A DNA stretch of 64,000 nucleotides. Source: the human T2T-CHM13v2.0 reference genome, Homo sapiens. The position numbers and the translations under genes are program-made. This document shows, one piece after another, positions 23,376 to 43,689 of the stretch (position 1 is its first letter; each line of letters opens with the position of its first letter). The DNA is taken from NCBI RefSeq assembly GCF_009914755.1, contig NC_060934.1; one strand, given 5' to 3'. The notes beneath the pieces are model-generated. The model was not told where the DNA came from. It was given only the letters and a program-made list of their open reading frames with translations, and did not search any database.

Positions 23376-23644
23376 TAGTACACAAGCAGAGGCTGATTTT
23401 AGATGAGAGCATGGACATCATGCATATATGTATAGTAACAGGCTGGAAAGAAAATTATATGAGTTCACAAGCTGCTAGAAGGATAGATTTAGTGGCAGGG
23501 GATCTCTTCTGATTGCTCTGATTTTCTCCAGGAAATAGGAACAAGAGTTATCATCGAGGGTAAGACTGGGAATAGAGTGTTGGATATTCGAAAAGAGACA
23601 ATTACATAAAATCATTACATAAAATCATTTCAGGAAAAGGGAGT

Positions 23645-24008
23645 GCTATGCTCTGAATGTTTGTGTCCCTTCAAAATTCGTATGTTGAAATCCTAACCCA
23701 CAAGGTGATGGTATTGGAAGGCCTAATCACGTTTGGAGGGTGATTAGGTTATGGGGGGTGGTCCTCATGATTGAGATTAGTGTCCTTATAAAAGAGGCTC
23801 AAGAAAGGACCCCTCTTTCCTTCCACCATATCTTCTCACAGTGAGAAGTCACCATCCATGAACCACAAAGCTGGACTTCAACAGACACTAAATCTGCTGG
23901 TGCCTTGATCATGAATTTCCCAGCCTCCAGAACCAGAAGGAAGACAATCTGTTGTTTACAAGCTACCTACTTTATGATATTTTATTGTAGCAGCCCAAGC
24001 TGACTACA
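23645..24008. mobile_element. MaLR LTR (MLT1A/B-like)
   Basis: tgctatgctctgaatgtttgtgtccc...aaattcgtatgttgaaatcctaaccc...gtagcagcccaagctgactaca. Confidence 0.75.
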
Positions 24009-25519
24009 AGTGAATAAACTTGGAGAAAATATAATTTGATTGACTGGCAGCATTTTGAGGTCACATGAGGTTTGTCTTCAAGAATTTAAAGTGAAACTCT
24101 TGCATTTTTCTTCCAGTCATGTTCAGCTACATGGGAGCAAGAATGGAGTAGATAAGTAATGATTAGGGTTACGGTTTTGTCAGTGGGTAAAAGGAATATC
24201 CAATCAATGACTGGCTATGGAATTTAAGCCAAGTGAGGAGGAAAATAAGGGTGAGGGGCAGTGAAACAGTGATAGAATCAATAGATTAGAATTACCAACA
24301 AAGATAAATAATTATGAGGAGCTAGGGATCTAGAGGGGAAAGCTGGAAAGACAGGATGTGGCAGCCAGAAAGGTGGATGCATGAAGTTGAGATAATTGAG
24401 TTTGCAGTTAATGGTAATAAGCAGATCTAACTAGGGAATGACCAAAGGAGTGGCTGAAGTGGAATGAAAAGAGGTGTCCAAGAAGCTGGAGGTCAAGATA
24501 TTGGAAAGATCATTGATGTGCATATTAAAATCACCAAGAATTAAGGCAGGAGTGTTGGAGAGACTGATAGTAAACCAACAGTTAAAATCATCAAGAAACA
24601 AAAACAACCTTTGTTGACTTTAGGTTTTATTGCACTATCATCTGAAAAGCAGCTCTTAAGATTTCTACTTTTCATGATTCACTAAGGTTTTCTAGGTGAT
24701 CAATCTTATGATTAATATTTGGAAATATTCCTTGGGCATAATAAGAGAAGAATATAAATTCCCTACCTGTAAGATACAAATTTATATTTATAAATATTTT
24801 TATTAGGTTGTTGTCAGTGAATATGGGAGGTTAGTTAAGAGGCCATTGTATAGACAAAAGATGGTTGCTTGAATAAGGCTGGTGGTAGCAGATGAAATGA
24901 ACTGGATGGAGTGAGAGTTATTTAGGAAGTCAAATCAATAGGACCTCATGATCAACTTGATAAAGCATGTAAAGGAGAGAAGTGACAAAGATGACTTCTA
25001 GGTCTCTAGAAAAAGTTAGAGGATGGTATAGCAATGGCATTAAGAACATAGGCTCTGAAAAGTCAGGCTGCCTTTGTTGAGGGCTAGCCTTTCCTTAAAA
25101 GGTGTGTGATTTCAATAAGTTATTTTACCTTTCAACTTTCTCACTGCAAATGGAAAATAGTATTATCTGAGGTTCTTGTGAGGATTAAGTAAATTAATGG
25201 ATTAACACTTTAGTCCAAACATACAGCAAACTCTCAATGACTGGAAGCTATCTTTAGTGAGACAGAAAGCATTCACAGATAATCAAATTTAGGAGAAAAG
25301 GTAATGAACTCAGTTTTATATTTCAAAGTTGCATTTGAAGCTATGTGTGGAGGTGGTAGGTAAGTAAACAGCAGGATATTCACATCTGGAACTCAGAAAA
25401 AAGATGTGGGTTGGAGATACAAACTGCCTCTAGTGAAGCATCTGTGTATAGATGGTAACTACACACAAAAGTCAGGGGAGTGGAAGAATTCATGGAAAGA
25501 AATTAGTGAAGAGAGGGAC

Positions 25520-26178
<659 letters not shown>

Positions 26179-27480
26179 GGGGCTACTTTTAAAAAATTAT
26201 TATTGAGGTATTATTGGGGTAAAATTCACATGACATAAAACTCACCATTTTAACCATTTTACTGTACAATTCAGTGCCTTCCAGTACATTCACAATGTTT
26301 GCAAGTATCACCACTACCTAAATCTGAATATTTTCATCACTCAAAAAAGAAACCCATTAAGCAGCAACTCCCCACTTCTACATTTCCCTAACCCCTAGCA
26401 TCCACCAATGTTTTCTGTCTCTATGGATGTGCCTCTTCTAGATGTTTCACATAAATACAATCATGTAAGATGTGGCCTTTTCTTTCAGTTAGCAAGGTCT
26501 TTCAAGGTTGATCCATGTTGCAACATATACTAGTACCTAATTTCTTTTTATGGCTGAGTAGTTTTTCATTATATGAATATACCACAATTTGTCCATTCAT
26601 CTATTGATGAACATTTGGGTTGTTTCTACTTATTGGCTATTATAGTGCTGCTATACACACTCATGCAGAAGTTTTTGTTTGATTAGTTTTCTATCCTCTT
26701 GAGTATATATTTAGGAGAGCTGCTGGGTTATATGTTAATTCCGTTTAAAATTTTGATAAACCATCAAACTATTTTATAATGAACGCACCATTTTATATTT
26801 CCGCCAGCAATTTATGAGCTTTCCAATTTCTCCACATCCTTGCCAACACTTGTCTTTTAATAATAGCACCCTAGTGAGTATAGAAAGTGGTATCTCATCG
26901 TGGTTTTGATTTGCATTTCCCTTAAGGTGGAAGGTTATGATGCAAAGCATCTCTTCATGTACTTGGCCATTAGAATATCTCCCTTGGAGAAATGTCTATT
27001 CAAGTCCTTTGCCCATTTTTAACTTGGGTCGTCTTTTAACTGATGACTTGTAAGAGTTATTTGAGCTTTACCAGGTATACGACTTGCAAATATTTTCTCT
27101 CACTCAGTGGGTTCTCTTTTCTCTTTCTTGATAGTGTCATTTGATATGTAAAGTTTTAAATTTTGATCAAGCCCAGTTGTATCTATTTTTCATGTTGCTA
27201 CTTGAGTTCTTGGTATCATATCTAAGAATCCACTGGGAAATCCCAGGTCATGTAGACTTACCCCAATATTTTCTTTTAATAGTTGTATAGTTTCATTCTT
27301 ATATTTAGGTATTTGATTTATTTTGACTTAATGTTTGCATGTGGTGTAAGGTAAGGGTCCAAATCCATTCTATTACATGTGGATACCCAGTATCCTCAGC
27401 ATTTCTTAAAAATACTATTCTATTCCCCAGTGATCTATCTTGACACCTTTGTCAAAAATCAATTGACCACAGATGTATAG

Positions 27481-27960
<480 letters not shown>

Positions 27961-29356
27961 ACATCCTTGCAATTTCTTATGAATTTTAGGATCAACCTGC
28001 CCATTTCTACATTAATGGCAGTTGGAATTTTCATAGGAATTTCACTGATTCTGTTGGTTAATTGGGGGAGTATTGCCATTTTCAAAGTCTTCTAATACGT
28101 GAACATAAAATGCCTATTTATTTAGGTCTTTTTAAATTTCTCTCAACTATGTTTTGTAGTTCTCAGTGTGTAAGTCTTACATCTTGTTTATTAGTATTTT
28201 ATTCTTTTTGATACTACTGTAAATGAGTTTTCTTCATTTCACTTTGAAATGTTCATTGCAAGGATACAGAAATATAACTAATTTTTGTATGTTGATCCTG
28301 GGCATCCTGTGATATTGAGGTATTAGCTCTAACAGTTTTGTTTGTGGATATCCTTGTAATGTGCTTCAGGATTCACTTTGGCTGAGGATCTTTGCATCTA
28401 TATTCATTAGAACTATTGGACTGTAGTTTTATTTTCTTGTGATGTCTTTGTCTGGATTTGGTACCAGGGTAACGCCGGCATCATATAATGAGTTAAGATA
28501 TTCCCTCTTCCCCTACTTTAAGTGTTTGAGAAGGACTGGCACTCTTAAAATACTTTACGTCACCAGTAAAGCCACATGGTTTGATCTTTCCTATCTTGGA
28601 AGTTTTTTGTTTTTAACTGGTTTACTTTTTTTTTTTTTAACTAGTATTGTTATAGGTTTAGTTTTTTCTTGAGTTAGTTTTGGTAGTTTGTGTGCTGCTA
28701 GGAATTTGTCCATTTTATCTAGGTTATCTAATTTGTTAGCATATAATTGTTAATAGTATTTCCTTACAATCCTTTTTATTTCTGTAAGATTGGCAGTAAT
28801 GTCCCCACTTTATTCCTGATTTTAGTAACCTGAATCTTTTTGTCTTGCTCAGTCTTTTTAAGGGTTTGTGAACATTATTATTTCAAACAACCAAATTTTG
28901 GTTTTGTGGATTCTATTTTCTACTGTATATTTCATTTATCTCTACTCCAGTCTTTACTATTTCCTTCCTTCTGCTAGCTTTGGGTTTGATTTCCTCTTCT
29001 TTTTCTAGTTCCTGAAGGTGGAAGGTTAGGTTGCTGATTCTAGGTATTTTTTAATGTAGGCATGTGCAGCTATAAAATTGCCTTTGAGCACTGCTTTTGC
29101 TGCATTCCAAACGTTTTAGGGTGCTGCATTTTTGTTTTTATTCATCTCAAAGTATTTTCTGATTTCTCTTGTGATTTAATCTTTCTTTGATCCATTGGTT
29201 GTTTAAGGGTGTGTTATTTTCAGTTTTATTCCATTGTAGTCAGAGAAGGCACTTTGTAATTCAATCTTTTAAAACTGAGACTTGTGGACTAACATGTTTT
29301 ATTCTGAAGAATGTTCCATGTGAACCTGAGATATCTTGGAATGTCTTTTTCCACTT

Positions 29357-30400
<1,044 letters not shown>

Positions 30401-31728
30401 TAAGGTGACACCCTTTCACTTTCAACATGTTTGTGTCTTTGGTTCTAAAGTCAGTCTTCTGTAAACAGGATATAGTTAGAACATTTAAAAGACTCCATTC
30501 TGCCAATCTCTCCATCTGTTAAATGGAATTTAAGGCATTCACATTTAATGTAATTAGTAGGAAGGACATTGCCCCTTGCTATTTGTTTTCCCTATGTCTT
30601 CCTCAATTCCTCCCTTATGCCTTTTTTGTATTAGATATTTTCTAGCATACCATTTTTATTCCCTTTCCAAAATTTTTAGTTATTTTCTTAGTAGTTGCTC
30701 TAGGGATTACAATTAACTTTCATTTATAACAATCTATTTCAAATAAATACCAACTTAGTTTCAATAGTACACAAAATTTTTGCTCCTATACTTCATCTTT
30801 TCCTCATCATGAATCACCTTTATACATTGTGCTTTGACACAGATATAATTATTGCTTTCATTTATATCTACCTATGTATTTAAATCTTTTTCAGTGTTTT
30901 TTATTTCCTCATGTGGATCTGAATTACTGTCTAGTGTCTTTTCATTTCAGGCTGAAGGATCCTTTTAGTATTTCTTGTAAGGCAGGACTACTAGTGAGAT
31001 ACTCTTTCTGTTTTTGCTTATCTGTGAATGTCTTAATTTCTCCTTCACTTTTTTTTTTTTTTTGAAGGATAGTTTTGCTGGACACAGAATTCTTGACAGT
31101 TTTTTCTTTCAGCACTTCGAATATATCATCCCACTGCCTCTGCCTCCTGGCCTCTGTGGTTTCTAATGAGAAGTCAGCTATTAATCTTATTGAGAATCCT
31201 TTGTACGTGAGGAATTGCTTCTCTCTTGCTGCTTGCAGGATTGTCATTGACTTTTGACGGTTTAATTATGATGTGTCTTGGTGTGGGTCTTTTTTTTTTT
31301 TGTAACATCTTTTATTTGTATACAATTATAAATTACAAACTTGTTTTATTAGGATTTTTTTTTAAATTTAGTTTTAGTCAACTTACTCCCTTTTATTTAC
31401 CAGCAGTGTGCTCTGACAGAATAAATTACAAACTATTGTTTTGTTTAATCCTTTTAACCATCATGTCAGGCACACAGGTTGGAGAATATTAGCTCCCATT
31501 TTATGGACAGAGTGGAAACACTGTACCCATATTTAGTGTAAGACAGAGCTGGGATATAAGCCTTGGGCTTCCACAGTCACAACTGCTTTTTTGCAAAACT
31601 TTGTAATACATCATTTTAAAGTAATCTGATTTCACAATGTTTTACAGTATATGAGTAACATCTATAGCATCTCTTCTTGGCAGGTTACCTCTGGAGAGAA
31701 CCAATCTAATTACCTCATACGCTGGCAC

Positions 31729-32025
31729 TTTTTTTTTTTTTGAGACAGAGTTTTGCTTTTGTTGCCCAAGCTGGAATGCAATGGCGTGATCTCGGCTCAC
31801 TGCAACCTCCGCCTCCCTGGGTTCAAGCAATTCTCTTGCCTCAGCCTCCCAAGTAGCTGGGATTACAGGCATGCACCACCACACCCGGCCAATTTTGCAT
31901 TTTTAGTAGGGACAGAATTTCTCCACGTTGGTCAGGCCGGTCCCGAACTCCTGACCTCAGGTGATCCGCCTGCCCCAGCCTCCCGAAGTGCTGGGACTAC
32001 AGGCGTGAGCCACCGCGCCCAGCCT
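31729..32025 (-). mobile_element. AluS within the retrocopy (T>C-enriched on +)
   Basis: ggccaattttgcattttt, ctccacgttgg, aggccggtcccgaa versus consensus ggctaatttttgtattttt, ctccatgttgg, aggctggtctcgaa. Confidence 0.9.
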
Positions 32026-32725
32026 AAGCTGGCACGTTTTAAGGCAGTTACACCTCTAACTTGATTTACCAGCTATGCTTGAGGGTCCAAGGAGCCAAAA
32101 TTGCAGCCAAACTGATCTTAAAGGACCAGGGAATAGAATGGTCAAGCATGTTTCCAAGTTTAACCTAGGCCTGGCACATCCTTGCCAATTGCTCAGATGG
32201 CAAGTGAGGGGCAACTAAGTGAAGAGAATAGCAGGAAGACCCACTCGGGGTGGACACTGATGAAAAACACAAGCAGTATCAGACTCACTGTTTTCAGGAT
32301 TAAAATCCCCAGATGCCCTGTTATTGATCTATGTCACTACCAGTAGGACAAAAGGCAATGCTTCTGAAGACTAGAATATGCAAGGAAAAAATTAAGGTGC
32401 CTGCCTGTCTGGGGCCTACCGAGCCAAACAGTGCTAATTTCATCCATGCCAAACAAAACTGTTCATTCCTTGCTGATTTGGGTTTTAAGGAAGTGTGCTG
32501 ATCATCAGAGAAACCAGGCAATTCTATTCTGAAGCCCAGGGGAAGAAATGGTGGGGATTTCTGAGTTATAGATGGTGCAGGGGTTAACAGTATCTGCCAC
32601 TATGAAGGGAAAAATCTATCTTGGTAAACTTTGGTCTTCCATAGGACATGGAACCAGAGTAGCAAGATCAGGGCCTGCGTGACCGATCCTGATTGAGCAG
32701 GACTTCCTCACATAAGGTACACAAG

Positions 32726-33023
32726 GGCTGGGCGCAGTTGCCCACGCGTGTAATCCCAGCACCCCGGGAGGCCCAGGCTTGCGGATCACCTGAGGTCAGG
32801 AGCCCAAGACCAGCCCGGCCAACATGGTGAAACTCTGTCTCCATCTCCACTAAAAATACAAAAATCAGCCGGGCATGGTGGCACATGCATGCAATCCCAG
32901 CCGATCAAGGGGCTGAGGCAGAACCACCTGAACCCAGGAGGCGGAGGCTGCAATGAGCTGAGACCATGCCACTGCACTCCAGCCTGGGCAACAGGGTGAG
33001 ACTGTCTCAAAGAGAAAAACAAA
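32726..33023 (+). mobile_element. AluS within the retrocopy, inverted relative to the other three (heavily T>C-enriched)
   Basis: gcaccccggg, ggagcccaag, cagcccggcc, aaatcagcc, tgcaatccc, gaaccacctg, gaggctgc, agaccatg versus consensus. Confidence 0.9.
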
Positions 33024-33558
33024 ACCCATAAGATGCACAGGTATCTGAGAAAGGTCTAAACACCCTAGAACTGCAAGCAAAATTTTGAGTGTATACATGT
33101 TTTCCTGGCGAAGGGGTCCTCATTCTCAAATCCTGAGCTTTTAGGAAAAAGTACTAAGCCAGTTTCAGGTTACGATACAAAAGCCACCAGATACACTTAG
33201 AGCCAGTCAAGTTTGAGAATTCTCAAAGCCATCACTGAAAAGTTGGAACACATACTCACAGCAGAGACAAGTGAACATTTATTTTTATGCCTTTCTTCCT
33301 ATGTGTATTTCAAGTCTTTTTCAAAACAAGGCCCCAGGACTCTCCAGATTCAATTATGTCCTTGGGCTTGGTCGACTGCTGCAGGAGTCTCAGGGAGCCT
33401 TCTACAAATGCTAGAGTGACTCATTTACCAACATTAAACCCTAGGATACATGCAACAAAGCAGGACTCCTTCCTCCATGGAATGTGCCGATTTCAGATGA
33501 CGCAGCACCGAATGTAGAAAACGCTGGGAATTTTTTCCTTGGAACTAGACTGTGATGA

Positions 33559-33885
<327 letters not shown>

Positions 33886-34124
33886 GCTACTGTCTTTTCT
33901 TTGACCCTTCCTTTCCAGTTTTTGAAGATAAAGCAGGAAATAATCTTCTCTGAAGATACTTGATAAAAATTCCCAAAACAACAAAACACATGCTTCCACT
34001 TCACTGATAAAAAATTTACCGCAGTTTGGCACCTAAGAGTATGACAACAGCAACAAAAAGTAATTTCAAAGAGTTAAGATTTCTTCAGCAAAATAGATGA
34101 TTCACATCTTCAAGTCCTTTTTGA

Positions 34125-34373
<249 letters not shown>

Positions 34374-35674
34374 TGAGTTTACCCTATTTAGGGTTCTTTG
34401 AGCCTCTTGAATATCTAGATTCATGTATTTCATCAAAGCTGGGACATTTTCTACCATTATTTCTTCAAATATTATGTCCCTTTCTCTCTTTCTTCTCCTT
34501 CTGGGACTCCCCTCATGCATATACTGGTATGCTTGATAGAGTCCCAGAGGTCTTTTATGCTCTGTTCATTTTTCTTCATTCTTTTTCCTTTCTGCTCCTC
34601 AGACTGTATAATCTTAATTGACCTATCTTGAAGCCTGTTGATTCTTTCTTCTGACTTCTCCAGTCTGCTGCTGAATACCTCTAGTGAATTTTCAGTTTTA
34701 GTTATAATACTTTTCAACTCCAGAATTTCTATTTGGTTCTTTTCTACAATTTCAATCTCTTTATTGATATTCTGTATTGGATGAGACATTGCTTTCCTAA
34801 TTTTTTTGTTCTCTGTCCATGGTTTCCTTTAGCTCTTCTAGCATATCTAAAAGAGTTGATGAAAAGTCTTTGTTTTGTACATCCGAAGTCTGTGCTTCTT
34901 CAGGGGTAGTTTCTATTAATTTCTTTTTTTACCTGTGTATGGGCCATACTTTTCTGGTTTTTCCTTGTCATGTAATCTTTGCTAAAAATGTGACATTTTG
35001 AATAGTATTATAATGTGGTAACTCTGGAAATCAGATTCTCCTCCCTCCCCATAGTTCATTGTTGGTACTTGTTATGGTTACCACTGTTTGGTAACTTTTC
35101 TGAACTTTATAAAGTCTGTATTCGTTGCTGTGTGTGACCAGCTGAGCTCCTGTTCTGTTAGCTTAATTTGCAGCTAGTGATCCAAAAGAGAAACAGATTT
35201 CCTTAAATGCCTGAAACCAAGACAAAAAGAAAACACTCTGTCTTTACCAGTAGGCTCTGTGTAAGTGTTGGGGCACACCTTCAACATTCAGCTAAGCAAC
35301 AAATTCACCTTAGTTTTCACTTCCTATTTGAGCAAGCCTGATGGTTAGCCAGAGGTGAGAGTTTAAGGCTTTCTCAAGTCTTCTCTATTTGCTCACCCTG
35401 CATGTACATGTGGCCTTTTGGATTCCCAAGAATATGTGGAAGTTTTAAAAGCCTTTATTCTCCAAAATATCTTACTTTCCAGCTTTTCCTCCCAGGCTTT
35501 TTGGTGTGTCTATTGTTTGCCTTAGCTATTATTCTTTGCCCCCGATGGCAGAGGCTAATAAACTTGCCTTTACAAATTTTTGACAAATGCCTGTAGTCAC
35601 CTTTCTTCCTCAGGAGATTTCCAAGTTAGGGGAACTAAAATAAGCCTCCATAATTCTTTGAAAAGAAGGTCCAC

Positions 35675-36375
<701 letters not shown>

Positions 36376-38743
36376 TCAGCCATCTTTTTAAAAAGATGTT
36401 TCCTTGGTTACTATAAACCTTTGACTAATTTCCAGAATTTATATAAAATTGATTCTGACAATTTGTGCCAATGTATTCACTGGTTTTGTGGAGAAATGCG
36501 CTCTTGGAGTTTCCTACTCATCATTTTCAATGACATCACCTCCAAAGGACTGATTCTTGAAGAACTTCAACATTTGGTAGTGGAGTAGACAAGGACGACT
36601 CTGTGAAAAGTAATGAGAGGAGCAGTCAGAGAAGGAAGAAGAAAATACAAAATGTGTTGTGCCATAGAAGGCGAGAGAGAAGGGCAACGCAAAGGGAGGC
36701 ACTATCAATGTCAAATATTCTGAGATTAAGAAAGAGTGAAAAAAATGTTCATTAAACATAGGTGCAAAGAAGTTGTTTGTGACCTGTGACCTTAACACTA
36801 TTTCTAAATGAGACAACATTGGTATTTTGAGCAGGACAAGTCTTAAATATAAAGAACTGTCCTACGCATTGCTACATGTTTAGCATCTTTGACTTCTGGT
36901 AACTAAATATCTGTAGCACCCTTCACCCTTAAGTCATACTGAAAATATAGCAGTGATAAAAAAAAAAAATACTGCCACACATTTCCAAATGCCCCCTGGA
37001 GACTCAGCACTGCCTCTTGAAGAACTACTGCCTCAGGGAAATCTATTTTGCTAATATTACGGGGGCAGATGTCAAACAATAGTGACCTAAAATGTAAATA
37101 CGAGAGTAAAGAATGAAACAAGTGAGGTACCACAAATAAGACTTAGCAGATGTTTGGCTGAAGTGAGCAGTTAAGAGTATACGGTCAAGAAAGGGTTTTC
37201 TGGTGGTAGGATTTATTATGTTTAAAGATCAGTGGAAATAATCCAGATGAAAGAGAGTTTGAATATACAAAGGAAGGGATAATTGATAATATAAGGTGAA
37301 CTGAAGGGGGGGTGGCAAGAAAGGACAGATAGAGAAAATGGCCTTAGATGAGAAGCTTACTTTCCGCTTTGAAACAGTAACCTGAAGCACTTAGGCAATG
37401 CTGTAGGATCCTAACTGGTTTCCCTGCTCCTTGCCTTGCAATACAGATATTTTCAACACAGTAGCCATGTCATTTTCTGCTCATAACTTTTCAATGGCTT
37501 CCCAATTAACTCAGAATAAAAGCCAATCTTCTTATAATGGCCTATAAGATTCTTCACAGTCTGTTCCTCCACCCACTTCTTTAACCTCACCTCATTTCCT
37601 AATATTTTCCCTCTCAGTCACTGCCCTTCAATCACAGAGCTTTCCTTATTATTTCTGAACACATTAGGCAGTCTTTCCTCAGGACCTTTGCTCTTGCTGT
37701 CCCCTTTGCCAGAAACATTCCTTTCCAGACACCTGTATAGCTTGCTACCTCATCACCTTCAAATCTTTGCTCAAACGCCATGTGCTCAATAACCACTCTA
37801 CTTGAAAACATTACTCCTCCATCCAACACTTTACCTACTGTTCTCTGTAGCACTTATTACTTTCTAAATTACTATGTCATTTGATTTTGGTGATGATGAG
37901 GCTTAAGTGGAATCAGTATATTCTATTATTTTATAATCTTCAGCAGCATGCAACTGCTCAGAGGTGCTCAGAAAATGAATGGTTGGATTAATTCAGGTTG
38001 AAGTTTCGCCAGACACAGGTAAAGGGTTTAGGGTATGCTTCTCAATATTAGCTGAACTTTAGTATCTATTACTTGGAAGAACTTTAAAAAATGGCCAATC
38101 TTGAGTCAGTAAGTAATTCTCCCAAGATCTGTTGATTGCATTATTTACATCATCCCTGCCTAGTACCATATGTTGATATGGTGACGTCCTGGTGTTTACT
38201 CCCCTTTCCTAGATAGTAATTTTTGTTGCAGTTTCTTATTTTTCGTCATAATTGAATGAAAGCTTCATATCACAAATCTGAGATCCCAAAGCATCTCCTT
38301 TTAGTTATGTATTATTCTTAAAATACAAACTCCATAAGAGCAAAACCCAAGTGACTTTGCTTAACACTATGTTCCTAAGACTTGATACGCAGAACTTCAA
38401 TACTATTTTTTCAAAATGAATAACCACCAGTAGCGAAACATGTATGTGCCAGGTACTGCTAAATTATTTACACAATTTCAATTACTTTTCACAAACAGTA
38501 CTATACCCTATTAAGTGAAGTTTAGAGACAAAGCAGGATAATCCTCAAGACTAGTAATTTGCCCAAGGTGATGTTGGTAGTCAATAATGTAGCCTGAGCT
38601 CTACGCAATGTCATACTGATTCTAAAACCCACGCTTTTAATCACTATACTAGGCTGAGTTTGTGAGGAAGGCAAGGACAGAGAAAAAAGAGATAGAAATG
38701 AAGTATGTGAAAATTTTTGGGAATATATCCTTATGATGTTTTA

Positions 38744-41605
<2,862 letters not shown>

Positions 41606-42463
41606 TTTGAGCAAATGGTTTATACCAATTTCAGCAGACATCTAGTTATCAAACAAATTAGTAGTAATTTTGCTGCCAGTTTTCAAAAAGTTTCTATGAA
41701 ATGTTATTTGTTGTACTCCTCTGATGTTTGTCTTCAATGGATTCACTACAAATATGTCAGAAATTACATGTTAAGATGCTACCGAATTTTTTTGTTTTCA
41801 TAATTTCAGTCACTGTCAATTTTTTTTTTTAGTTACTGGTAGTTTAAGAGAGCATTAAATAGGCTTTTTATTGGTCTGCACATCTCCACAAACAGCAATA
41901 AGCTCTACATCTGGCAGATGGATGTGACAAATAAGATTATGTAATTAAAATTTTTTTTCCAACCAGTTGTGATTTCAGAGCCTTTCTCCCTACATCATTC
42001 CATCTCTCCATTCTATTAGGTCTAGCAATAACGTAACTTCTTGGATACCAAGTAAATCAGTTACTTTTTATTTTTTGGAGGGGGTTGTTTCTTCTGACTT
42101 GTTTACTATTTGCCTCTTCTGTGTTAATCACCTAATTATGTTTACCACAATTCTTTTCATTAAACTATGTTGCCTTACAAATAGTGCAAAAAAAAAAAAA
42201 AAAAGTCAACCAATCACCCGAATACCACCACTCTCAACTAACGGTTGTTTGGTATACTTCACGTTTCTTCTCTCAATGTACCTGCAGCAGTACATAAAAT
42301 CAAATTTGTAGCAATTTCACTTAACACACCTGAGAACTTTCACATGAATTTTCTTTCACCAATGGACTTCAGCGAGGAAGAAACAGAGGAGGGAAAAGTG
42401 AGAGATAAAGAGAGGGTGGGCAGGGCACCGCTGGGTATGGAAAACGTTAGAAAGGGGTGAAAA

Positions 42464-42756
42464 GCCGAGCGCAGTGGCTCACGCCTGTAATCCCAGCACT
42501 TTGGGAGGCCGAGGCGGGAGGATCGCTTCAGGCCAGGGGTTCGAGACCAGCCTGGGTAACACAGCGAGACCCTATCTCCGGAAAAACTTTTTTTAAAAAA
42601 TTAGCCGGGTGTGGTGGTGCATGCCCGTGGTGCCAGCTACTTAGAGGGCTGAGGTGGGATGACCCGTAAGCCCCGGAGGTCGAGGCTGCAGTGAGCCGTG
42701 ATCGCGTCACTGCACTCAGACTGGACGACAGCGCGAGACCTGTCTCAAAAAAAAAT
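42464..42756 (+). mobile_element. AluJ with unusually retained CpGs at the CpG-island shore
   Basis: J-type diagnostics with many intact CG dinucleotides. Confidence 0.85.
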
Positions 42757-43016
42757 AACAAGGGGTAGGGTGGGGCAGTGAGATGGTTCAGCGTTGTTCC
42801 CAAGGAACTCATCTCCCTAAATTTCCAGTCTCAAGCGCCGCTTTCATTCCCTGCCCCGAGCGGCGCTCCCCGCTCCGTGCACGCATCTCCGCTGAGGGCC
42901 GCCCTGACGCACGGCCTTCTGCCTTGAACACAGAACCCCTCAGCCCTTCCTATTAGCCGTTTCTGGCCGGGACTGCACGCGCTCCTTCCTGCCTCGGGGC
43001 GCAGGGTGAGACTTAC

Positions 43017-43200
43017 GTCTAAAGGGCGCCCGGCGAGCTCGCAGCAGCCCCTGCCCCGCGGAGGGCCGGTGGCGCGCGGCGTCCGGTGAGGGGCAGCGGC
43101 CCGGGCTCGGTTCCGGCTTCCAGCAGCGGCCCGAAGGCTCCGGAGCACGCTCCCCGCTCCCCAGAACGCAGCTTCCGCGGCTGCAGCCCAGGCAGCTCTT
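43017..43200 (-). ncRNA. WAC-AS1: Probable first exon of the divergent antisense lncRNA WAC-AS1 (5' end approximate)
   Basis: Consensus minus-strand donor AGAC|GTAAGT (plus ACTTAC 43011-43016) just upstream of the WAC promoter; a head-to-head WAC-AS1 is known at this locus. Confidence 0.6.
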
Positions 43201-43689
43201 CGGGAAGCGTCCGCCCGTGGTCTCGCCAGGGGGTTTCCGACCTCCCCGCCCGACAGCGCAGGGGCGGGGGCCGCGGCCGGAGAGCTCGCCCGAGAGCACC
43301 CCCTCCCGCTGCGCCTCTGGGCGCACGCGCAGCCGCTGCAGCCTCCCTTATTTAGTCCGCGATGGCTTCCCTCGCGCCCCACCGTCCTCTTCCGGAAGGC
43401 GGCTCCCTCCCTGCGCAGCCCGGAGCCCCTGAGATCAGCCTCGAGCAGGCGCCCGAGCGAGACTATCCCTAAACGGGAACGGCGGTGGCCGACTCGCGAG
43501 TGAGGAAAAGAAGGAAAGGGCAGACTGGTCGCGAAGAGAAGATCCAGGCCTCAGAGGAGGAGAAAGGCCGGAGCCAGCCGAGGTTTGCCGAGGGCGGTGT
43601 TCCGGACCCGCGCGGTGCGGGGAGGAAGGCCGAGGGTGGGAGAGGAGGGGCCCGGCGGAAACTGCCGAGGTTTCCCGAAGGCGGCAGCG

